This document shows positions 34,838-41,635 of a DNA stretch of 42,635 bases, piece after piece. The DNA lies in the IMG/VR virus record IMGVR_UViG_3300037310_000230, positions 1-42,635 of that record; one strand, given 5' to 3'. Both the position numbers and the translations under genes were made by a program. Origin of the DNA: a virus. Its lineage: Duplodnaviria > Caudoviricetes. The notes beneath the pieces are model-generated. The model did not search any database and had not been told where the DNA came from. It saw only the letters and a program-made list of their open reading frames with translations. How positions within the stretch are numbered: position 1 is the stretch's first letter; each line of letters starts with the position of its first letter.

Positions 34838-35245
34838 GTGTTGAAGGCGCCGTTATCCGTGCAAAGTGAGCAAGTGAAGAACTGGATTGTCAGGGCTTTG
34901 GGATTGCGCGGTAGTTGGAAATGGGCATGCAAGCAAATGGACCGCGGCGAATGGGTAAGACCAGCACACGCAGCCGGGACGGTGAAATACAGGCTTGACC
35001 ACGAAGGACAGCGCAGAATTGTGTGGACTTTCAAGCGCGAGCCGACAGAGAACAAAGATTGGGAAAGCGCCAATATTTTTCTGAGCGACTTTGAGGCTAC
35101 GGATTGGGTTTGCGTAGAACGAGCTCCATCACTTGCGGCTGAAAGCCGTCAAGTGGATGGCAGAGTTAGGTCCGCCGCCGCACCACAGCAGCCAGATCTG
35201 GCGGCAGATATGGGGCCAGGAGTACAGGAGGACCACCGAGCATGA
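34838..35245 (+). CDS. Low-GC accessory gene, weak Tad2/DUF2829-like pattern (true start may be 34859 or 34874)
   Basis: About 52% GC over 34861-35100; WKWACKQMDRGEWV...W...SDFEATDW. Confidence 0.55.
   Translation: MLKAPLSVQSEQVKNWIVRALGLRGSWKWACKQMDRGEWVRPAHAAGTVKYRLDHEGQRRIVWTFKREPTENKDWESANIFLSDFEATDWVCVERAPSLAAESRQVDGRVRSAAAPQQPDLAADMGPGVQEDHRA
35114..35171 (-). other. Integron attC-like recombination site (58 bp), reversed relative to the gene
   Basis: Minus strand: R'' ACCTAAC, 5 nt, L'' CATCCACT, stem-loop, L' AGTGATG, 6 nt, R' GTTCTAC; extrahelical G and T on the folded plus strand. Confidence 0.78.
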
Positions 35246-35248
35246 TGC

Positions 35249-35890
35249 ATGACACAGCCAGCAGACCAGACGCAGACGCGGAGGCCGATGCGCAAGCAGT
35301 TCTGCCACGACGCCGAGGTTGAGGAAATGGGCGCGACCAACGAACGCGGCCATCAGATCAGCGGCCACTCTGGCATGTGGTGGGACGCAACTCGAGGCGA
35401 TCCTGATGCGGCGGCGCACTGTCCATACGGACAGCCAGGCGACCGGCTGTGGGTGCGCGAGACGTGGGCGGTGTTGCATGCCGTCGACCACCTGAAGCCG
35501 CGGGAGATCCCGCAAGGCGCTGGGATGGTGTACTACGCCGCCACCGAAAACCTCGGCGGTCTAATGAAGCGGCCATCGATATTCATGCCCCGCTGGGCCT
35601 CGCGCATCACGCTCGAGGTCACCCGCGTGCGCGTCGAGAGGTTGCAGGACATCACTCGCGCCGACGCGATTGCCGAAGGCGTTGAGTGGAACAAATGCCC
35701 GACGCAGCAGACGCAGCGGAGCATGGACGCACAACGCGCAGCGCACCGCATCGGCATGGCCGCGCACTACGAGGCCGAGATCGACTACGTTGGCGGCTAT
35801 CGCTGGCTGTGGGAGTCGATCAACGGCCCCGGCTCGTGGGCCGCGAACCCGTGGGTGTGGGTCGTCGAATTCACGCGGGTCGAGAAGTGA
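35249..35890 (+). CDS. Conserved phage protein (ASCH/PUA-like), possibly N-truncated
   Basis: TQTRR, CPYGQPGDRLWVRETW, PSIFMPRWASRITLEV..VERLQDI, NPWVWVVEF. Confidence 0.78.
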   Translation: MTQPADQTQTRRPMRKQFCHDAEVEEMGATNERGHQISGHSGMWWDATRGDPDAAAHCPYGQPGDRLWVRETWAVLHAVDHLKPREIPQGAGMVYYAATENLGGLMKRPSIFMPRWASRITLEVTRVRVERLQDITRADAIAEGVEWNKCPTQQTQRSMDAQRAAHRIGMAAHYEAEIDYVGGYRWLWESINGPGSWAANPWVWVVEFTRVEK

Positions 35891-36066
35891 CGCCGAAGCA
35901 GCAGGTGTTGCAGAAGCACCCGCACGCCGAGAGCATGCGCGGCCTTGATCATCATGACTGGTCGATCATCAAGCCCGACGCGCGCGGCATCTGGCACACC
36001 ATCGGCATGGGCAACACCCCCGCCCGCGCCTGGGCCGATGTGCTGCGCATCTTGCAGGGCAAGTGA
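35887..36066 (+). CDS. Hypothetical protein (59 aa)
   Basis: GTGA overlaps at both ends; TPKQQVLQKHPHA...AWAD. Confidence 0.7.
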   Translation: MTPKQQVLQKHPHAESMRGLDHHDWSIIKPDARGIWHTIGMGNTPARAWADVLRILQGK

Positions 36067-36407
36067 TGCTGCTCACTTTACCCGAAGCCGCCGCCAGTCT
36101 GCGCGTGAGCCTGCGCACGATCGAACGCGAGGTGGCCGACGGGCGGCTGGCCATCGTGCGCATCCGCACCCGCCGCATGGTCGACCCCGCCGAGCTGGCG
36201 CGATACATTGCCGCGGCCAGCCAGGCACAGCCATGTCGATCCGCAAGCGAGGAAACCGCTACCAAGTGCGCGTCCGCGTCGGCGGTGGCGCACGCCTTGA
36301 ACGCACTCTTCCGCCCGGCGCCACCCTTGCAGACGCGCGGGCGCTCGAAGTCGCGCTTGGCCGCGCCCGCATCGACGCTGCGGTTGGTCGGCCCCAGCGA
36401 TACCTGA
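36063..36407 (+). CDS. xis: Excisionase-like HTH protein
   Basis: LLTLPEAAASLRVSLRTIEREVADGRL; directly before the integrase. Confidence 0.8.
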   Translation: MMLLTLPEAAASLRVSLRTIEREVADGRLAIVRIRTRRMVDPAELARYIAAASQAQPCRSASEETATKCASASAVAHALNALFRPAPPLQTRGRSKSRLAAPASTLRLVGPSDT

Positions 36408-37237
36408 TCGACCAGGCCGTTGACCGCTGGGTGGCCAGCAGCGCGCAAAGCCTGCGCAGCTGGGCCAAAGATGTGCGCTACCGCGTCGACACCCTGCGCA
36501 CCCACACCGCCGGCCAGCCGATCGAGGCCCTGCCCGCTGTGGCCGACACCATCAAACGCCAAGGCCTCGCCGCCGGCGTGGCGCCCGCCACCGTGAACCG
36601 GCTGCTCGCCATACTGCGCCGCGTGGGCAACCTGGCCGAGCGCTGGGGCTGGACGCGCGAACCCATCGGCCGCCGCGTTGAGCTCGTGCCCGGCGAACGG
36701 CCGCGCGAGGTCTACGTCACACCCGCCCAGGTGCGCGCCCTGGCCGCCGCGGCCGAGCCCGTGACGCGCGATTTGATCCTGTTCGCCGCCCTCACCGGGC
36801 TGAGGCGGTCCGAGATCCTGCGGCTCACACCGGCCGATGTGCGCGGCGATGTCGTGGTGGTCGACAGCCGCAGCAAGAGCGGCAAGAGCCGCGTGGTGCC
36901 GCTGGTGGCCGAGGCCGCACGCATCGCCCGCAGGCGGCTGCCGTTCGCGATCGGCGTGCCGCTGCTCACCAAGCGCTTCAGGCTGGCCAGGGCCGCCGCC
37001 GGCCTGCAGCACCTGCGCCTGCACGACCTGCGTCACGCCTTCGGCACCTGGCTGGCCGAGGCCGGCACCGATGGCCCCACCATCCGCGACGTGATGGGCC
37101 ACAGCTCGCTCACGGTGACCAGCCGGTACCTGCAGAGCGGCAGCGAGAGCGCCCGGCGGGCGGTGGACAAACTGCCGCGCCTGGGGTCAGGCCGGGGCCA
37201 GAAGGCGCCCGCCAAGCCCCGCCCGAAGGCGGCATGA
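36233..37237 (+). CDS. int: Tyrosine integrase
   Basis: MSIRKRGNRYQVRVR arm domain; TGLRRSEI, SKSGK, LHDLRH, MGHSSLTVTSRY. Confidence 0.95.
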   Translation: MSIRKRGNRYQVRVRVGGGARLERTLPPGATLADARALEVALGRARIDAAVGRPQRYLIDQAVDRWVASSAQSLRSWAKDVRYRVDTLRTHTAGQPIEALPAVADTIKRQGLAAGVAPATVNRLLAILRRVGNLAERWGWTREPIGRRVELVPGERPREVYVTPAQVRALAAAAEPVTRDLILFAALTGLRRSEILRLTPADVRGDVVVVDSRSKSGKSRVVPLVAEAARIARRRLPFAIGVPLLTKRFRLARAAAGLQHLRLHDLRHAFGTWLAEAGTDGPTIRDVMGHSSLTVTSRYLQSGSESARRAVDKLPRLGSGRGQKAPAKPRPKAA

Positions 37238-37261
37238 TGAGGTTGTTTCACCTATGAGAAC

Positions 37262-37321
37262 TGGCGGAGAGAGTGGGATTCGAACCCACGGTACGGGAGA
37301 TCCCGTACACCGGATTTCGAA
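37262..37321 (-). other. attP core: 3' 60 nt of tRNA-Ser(CGA)
   Basis: Minus strand TTCGAAA-TCCGG, long variable arm GTACGGGATCTCCCGTAC, GTGGGTTCGAATCCCAC, TCTCTCCGCCA; 5' half of the tRNA absent; adjacent to int. Confidence 0.92.
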
Positions 37322-37358
37322 GGCGGTGGTCGTGGCCCGACGCACTGGGCGCACCTAT

Positions 37359-37381
37359 GACAGCGCCCGCCGGGCGCTGTC
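37359..37381. terminator. Perfect 10-bp hairpin at the end of the late operon (possible terminator)
   Basis: GACAGCGCCC-GCC-GGGCGCTGTC; no clear U-tract. Confidence 0.45.
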
Positions 37382-37412
37382 TGGTGACCCCATGAAAAGG
37401 CCCCGGGCGGGG

Positions 37413-37904
37413 TCAGGGTGGGGACGGGCTCAGCGCGTCGTAACTCCGCTCGCACGCAAGCCCGGCGGCGCGGCCTTCGTCAGCGTCTGCCGCCAGCGCT
37501 CGGTATCGCGCTCGACAGTCGTGGAAAAGGTCTCCGAGCGTGCTGGCTGCCTGGCAGTCGCATCCAGCGGCGGAATCGGCGTTTGCGCCGCCGGCAGCGG
37601 CGAGCTGCGCCACCAGCTCGCGCACCCTGGCGTCAGCAGTGGCAGCGCGATCAGCAGCAGCAGCAGCGGTCTTGCGGTAGGCGTTGGCTTCATTTCTGGC
37701 CTTCGTTTGTTCGGTGATGCGGCGCTCGAGCTCGGCACTGCGCTCGCGCTCGGCCTTCTGGCTGGCAATGGCGCGCTCGCGCTCATCGGCTGCCCGGCTG
37801 GCGCGCTCTGCATGCAGCTGGGCACGGCCAATCCATCCCCACGCCGCCAGAGCCGCCACCAGCCACACCCAGGCCGGCACGCGGCCGAGGAAGCCGATGA
37901 TCAC
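37413..37904 (-). CDS. i-spanin (Rz-like, DUF2514-like)
   Basis: N-terminal TM, coiled coil, C-terminal AGLACERSYDAL. Confidence 0.85.
   Translation of the reverse strand: MIIGFLGRVPAWVWLVAALAAWGWIGRAQLHAERASRAADERERAIASQKAERERSAELERRITEQTKARNEANAYRKTAAAAADRAATADARVRELVAQLAAAGGANADSAAGCDCQAASTLGDLFHDCRARYRALAADADEGRAAGLACERSYDALSPSPP
37430..37693 (-). CDS. o-spanin (Rz1-like) lipoprotein nested in Rz
   Basis: MKPTPTARPLLLLLIALPLLTPG-C, Pro-rich; fully embedded in another frame. Confidence 0.8.
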   Translation of the reverse strand: MKPTPTARPLLLLLIALPLLTPGCASWWRSSPLPAAQTPIPPLDATARQPARSETFSTTVERDTERWRQTLTKAAPPGLRASGVTTR

Positions 37905-38677
37905 GCCCACCCGCCGGCCCTCTGCTTGGCCCGAGTGCTCACGACCACCCAGCCCACGATCACGAGCGCAATGCCCAGCAGGGCCAGCGGCGGCACGCCG
38001 GTGATCTGATGCACCTGCTCGGCCATGCCCCTCGCGCTGGCCAGGAGGCCCTTGGCTGCGTCGATCTGCTCGGCAATGGCTGATGCGCCGGCCAGCCCGC
38101 CGGCGGCGGCTGTGGCGGCTCCTGAGCGGGCGATCGGGCTGGCCACGAGGCTGGATTCCGCCTGCACGGCCTGGGGCATGGGTTCGGCGCGGCCACCATC
38201 TGGCGTCAGGTACATGGCCGCCTCGCGCGCCCGGCGGGCGGTGAGGCCGTCGAGCACCCGCAGCTCGCCGGTGGCCGGGTCGCGGGCCTTGTCCCACAGC
38301 CCGAATGCACGAGCCGCGGCCTGCCGATCGCCCGCGTTGTGTTGCCGCAGCACGGTGGAGCGGCGCAGCCCTTCGGTGCCAATGTTGTAGGCCAAACTCA
38401 CCATGGCGGCGAGCTCGTGCTCGCCGGGCTCCACGGTGCACATGGCCTTGACGGTGCGCGCACGCGTAGCGATGTCGTCACACAGCCAGCGATCGGCCTG
38501 CTCCTTGGTGCAGGTGTCGCCCGGGTGTACACCGTCGGTCTCGCCCCAGCCGATAGTCCAGACCCCCGCCGGGCAGCGGTAGGCCTTGAGTCGCAGGCCC
38601 TCGCTGTCGGCGATCTCGGCCACGCCCTCGAGCGCAATGGCCCATGGCAGCTCAGGATCAGGCAGGGGTCTGCTCAT
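37901..38677 (-). CDS. Endolysin (GH24 lysozyme) with C-terminal membrane segment
   Basis: SEGLRLKAYRCPAGVWTIGWGET, SLAYNIG, GLTARRAREA; ATG at 38677. Confidence 0.93.
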   Translation of the reverse strand: MSRPLPDPELPWAIALEGVAEIADSEGLRLKAYRCPAGVWTIGWGETDGVHPGDTCTKEQADRWLCDDIATRARTVKAMCTVEPGEHELAAMVSLAYNIGTEGLRRSTVLRQHNAGDRQAAARAFGLWDKARDPATGELRVLDGLTARRAREAAMYLTPDGGRAEPMPQAVQAESSLVASPIARSGAATAAAGGLAGASAIAEQIDAAKGLLASARGMAEQVHQITGVPPLALLGIALVIVGWVVVSTRAKQRAGGWA

Positions 38678-38849
38678 CGATGAATCCCAAAGGGCGCACG
38701 CGCTTGGGCTCGTCGTGCGGCTTGAGTGGGTCGCCGGCGTATTGCTCCGCGCGGGCGCGGTCCTTGTGCAGCGACATGCGCTCGAGCATGCGCTCCCTGT
38801 CGCCTTCGTCGGCGACAAACACCACGGCCCAGGCGACTGGTGTATTCAT
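38658..38849 (-). CDS. Hypothetical protein (63 aa)
   Basis: Fills the gap in the lysis operon; PVAW start motif. Confidence 0.55.
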   Translation of the reverse strand: MNTPVAWAVVFVADEGDRERMLERMSLHKDRARAEQYAGDPLKPHDEPKRVRPLGFIDEQTPA

Positions 38850-38901
38850 GCACTTCGTCCATGCTGGCGTGGCGACATCGCAGCGCGGTCGCGCCGAGCC
38901 A

Positions 38902-39264
38902 TCAGGCCGGCGCGGCCGGGGTGTTTGCCGTGATGGCGGCGGCCAATGCCGCCTGCTGCGCGTCGAGGTCGGCCACGGCCTGGACGACGGCGCTCATGTC
39001 GTTTGCCGCCACGGCAGCGTCGAGCGCCGCCTTCAGGCCCTGCAGCAGCGCGATCGCGCTCTCGGTGACGGTGCGCTGCTCCTGGACTTCGCGGACCAGG
39101 TCTTCGATGGGTGTTGCCATGATGATCAGCCTTTCAAGTTGGTCTGTGATGGGTACGAGGGCTTGGGGGATTGCCGCATCGAGGTAGCCCTTCGTGAGAC
39201 CTCGGTACAGGTTCAGCGTGGCTCCGGCCTGCACGGTGATGATCACGTCGTCGGCCATGGTCAC
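38902..39264 (-). CDS. Ala-rich coiled-coil hypothetical protein
   Basis: TVTESAIALLQGLKAALD...LAAAITANTP. Confidence 0.75.
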   Translation of the reverse strand: MTMADDVIITVQAGATLNLYRGLTKGYLDAAIPQALVPITDQLERLIIMATPIEDLVREVQEQRTVTESAIALLQGLKAALDAAVAANDMSAVVQAVADLDAQQAALAAAITANTPAAPA

Positions 39265-40103
39265 TTTCTCGGTGCGCAGGCAGTCACGGCTGGGCCGCTG
39301 ATGCCGGTGATGCTGGGCGATGCGCAGTAGCGCACCACGTTGAATTCGATGATCTGCAGCGCCGCGCAGTCACACGGCTGGCCGGCCACGGCGATGCCGC
39401 TGGCCAGCGTGCTGCGCTTGCCGCCCACCACCGCGTAAGCCGCCCGGGTGCCGCTGGCCGATGCGGTGACGACGTACGCGCTCGGTGGCGCTGCCGGGTC
39501 AAGCGGCGCCGGCTTGCTCGCATTGAGCGCGGCGACCAGTGGCGCCCACACGTCGCACATGTCGAGTATGTGCAGCGTGGGTGCGTAGGCGGCGCCGATC
39601 GCGGCCACGGTGGCGGAGTCGCGGCTCGGCATAGCCGCCAGCAGCAGCAGCCGCGCCGCAAGCCCTGGGTTTGCAGCCAGGTGCGACCACGTGACGGCGT
39701 AGAGGTAGAGATCGACTCTGCCCAGCTTCGGCACCCACCAGCCGATCGCCGCGCCCTTGGCGTTGAGGTCGACCAGGGCCCGGGTGCCGCTGCCGCCGAT
39801 CTGCGCCGGCAGATTGCCCGGCAGTGGTATCCCAGCGGCCGCGCTCACCGTCGCCTGTGTGGGCATGTCGGCCTGCAGCAGCGTGGGCAGGGCCGGCACT
39901 GGCAGCGGCGGCACGCGGGGCGTGGGGCCGCACTCGGCGTTGACCTTGCCGTCCGGCAGCAGCAGCTGGCCGTGCGCCGATCCGCCGAACAGCACGGCGC
40001 CGGTGAGGCCGATCAGCACCGCGGCCAGCAGTAGTTCGAGCATGGTGCGGTCCATCTGCGCTGCGCGCTTGAGCCATACCACGAGGCGTTCGTTGAGACT
40101 CAT
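39261..40103 (-). CDS. Membrane-anchored/exported hypothetical protein (280 aa)
   Basis: N-terminal hydrophobic segment; Cys-rich C-terminus. Confidence 0.72.
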   Translation of the reverse strand: MSLNERLVVWLKRAAQMDRTMLELLLAAVLIGLTGAVLFGGSAHGQLLLPDGKVNAECGPTPRVPPLPVPALPTLLQADMPTQATVSAAAGIPLPGNLPAQIGGSGTRALVDLNAKGAAIGWWVPKLGRVDLYLYAVTWSHLAANPGLAARLLLLAAMPSRDSATVAAIGAAYAPTLHILDMCDVWAPLVAALNASKPAPLDPAAPPSAYVVTASASGTRAAYAVVGGKRSTLASGIAVAGQPCDCAALQIIEFNVVRYCASPSITGISGPAVTACAPRK

Positions 40104-40360
40104 TGCTTGCTCTCGATGTAGGCCTTGAACACGTAGCCCTGCAGCACGCTGATGGGCATCGTCACGGCAGCGATGATGGCCGCGGCACCCAGAGTCGCGC
40201 CGTCGGAGTTGGCCGCGAGCACGATCTCGGCGTAGTCATTCGCCCACTGAAAGCTGCGCCACGTGAGCCACACGGTGACGGCCAGCAGCACAGTGCGGCG
40301 CAGCGCGAGCCGCTCTTCCACGCGGTCGAGCGTGTCGAGCCATGCGGGGTTGGCTGTCAT
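40100..40360 (-). CDS. Holin candidate (two TM helices)
   Basis: 86 aa, two hydrophobic segments, upstream of the endolysin. Confidence 0.55.
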   Translation of the reverse strand: MTANPAWLDTLDRVEERLALRRTVLLAVTVWLTWRSFQWANDYAEIVLAANSDGATLGAAAIIAAVTMPISVLQGYVFKAYIESKQ

Positions 40361-40668
40361 CTGCGCCGCTCCACTTTCTCGAGCCGATCCTCGATCGCGC
40401 GCATGCGGTTGTTGGTGACCTCGAAGTCGCGCCGCGCATCGCTTTGCAGGTAGCGCTCGCCGTGCAAGCGGCCGAGCTGGTCTTGCACGATGTTCAGGGC
40501 CTGGCGCACCTGGCTCATTTGCTCACTGGTGCGCACCTGCTCGCGGCTCAGGTCGAGCAGCGTGGCGCCGACCCATATCACCACGGCCAGGCCTACGCCG
40601 CCAATCACGGTTTGCGCGTGGCGCTCGAAGGCGCTGCGCTCGCGCGGCTGCAGGTCGGGCGAGCTCAT
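40357..40668 (-). CDS. Single-TM coiled-coil protein (holin/antiholin-like)
   Basis: VIGGVGLAVVIWVG then a coiled coil; GAGG RBS. Confidence 0.6.
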   Translation of the reverse strand: MSSPDLQPRERSAFERHAQTVIGGVGLAVVIWVGATLLDLSREQVRTSEQMSQVRQALNIVQDQLGRLHGERYLQSDARRDFEVTNNRMRAIEDRLEKVERRR

Positions 40669-40964
40669 GCTGCCCACCTCGCCATCAACGCAATCACCAG
40701 CAGCGGCGCCGCCACCGGCACCGCGCCGAGCGCCGTGGCCAATGTGTCGGCCGGCTCCACGTGCGCCACCTCGGTGCCGGCCCTGCGGTTGCGCCAGCCG
40801 TCATAGAGTTCCTTGGCCGCCCCCACCAGCGCCGCGGCGGCGATGGCCGATGCCCACGCCCACGCCGGCCACAGGCGCAGCGCGATGATGGCTGCAATAG
40901 CCGCCACCGCAGAGCCCGCGATGTAGTGGCCGGCCTTGTCGACGTCGAACAGGTTGAGTCGCAT
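40665..40964 (-). CDS. Small membrane protein with DK..H and KELYD motifs
   Basis: AAGGAG RBS; three hydrophobic segments. Confidence 0.7.
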   Translation of the reverse strand: MRLNLFDVDKAGHYIAGSAVAAIAAIIALRLWPAWAWASAIAAAALVGAAKELYDGWRNRRAGTEVAHVEPADTLATALGAVPVAAPLLVIALMARWAA

Positions 40965-40974
40965 GGCTGGCTCC

Positions 40975-41631
40975 TTACGCATCGGCGGTGATTCGGTTCA
41001 CATTGGTCCCGTCGCAGCTCACGATGGCGGCCTTGGCGGTGGCGATGGTGATGCCCGTGCCCGACGCGCCGATCACCTGGATCGAGCCGCCCGTGCAGGT
41101 GTTGCGAACGAACCAGACGCGCGGCACCAGCGGCACCACGAGGTTGCGTGTGGCCGTGAGTGCGCCGGTCGTCACCAACTCCTCGCACATGGCCTCTTCG
41201 TAGCTGAGCGTCTGGTTCGCGTCAGCCATCGCCTTGGTCGCGATCCCGTACAGAAAGCGGTTGAAGTGGTGCGGGTCGCGATGGTCTTCGTAGCTGGTGA
41301 CGGCGGAGGCGCTTGTCACAGTCTTGGCCATGGCCAGGCCGTTGGCCGGAAAGCTCGTGGCCTGCTCGGCCACGGTGAACGAGCGGTTCACACTCACATA
41401 GCGCGTGCTGCTGGCCGTGAGCGCCACTGTGCCGTTGCTCTTGGCGGTGGCGGTGGCGTTGATGTAGTAGCGCGGCGTGCCGTAGAAGCCCCAGGTGAGC
41501 CCCGAGCTCGTACTCGCCCGGCGGCCGAACGGCGCGGCCACGCTGAATGCGTCGGCCAGCTCGTTGACGCGCACCTCCTGGCTGGCGCCGCCGTTGGGCA
41601 GGGTGTCGAGGTTCGTCGTGCTGTCGCTCAT
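40975..41631 (-). CDS. Tail fibre/tip accessory protein (218 aa)
   Basis: Follows the tail-tip gene; SQEVRVNEL N-terminus; TGALTATRNLVVP...CDGTNV C-terminus. Confidence 0.7.
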   Translation of the reverse strand: MSDSTTNLDTLPNGGASQEVRVNELADAFSVAAPFGRRASTSSGLTWGFYGTPRYYINATATAKSNGTVALTASSTRYVSVNRSFTVAEQATSFPANGLAMAKTVTSASAVTSYEDHRDPHHFNRFLYGIATKAMADANQTLSYEEAMCEELVTTGALTATRNLVVPLVPRVWFVRNTCTGGSIQVIGASGTGITIATAKAAIVSCDGTNVNRITADA

Positions 41632-41635
41632 GGTG

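Noticed and set aside
36233-37237. Integron integrase serving the attC-like site
   Set aside because: It has an arm-binding N-terminus, adjacent xis and a tRNA attP, and no visible IntI-specific insertion.
37262-37321. Functional phage tRNA gene
   Set aside because: The acceptor 5' strand, D arm and 5' anticodon stem are missing; it is an attP core.
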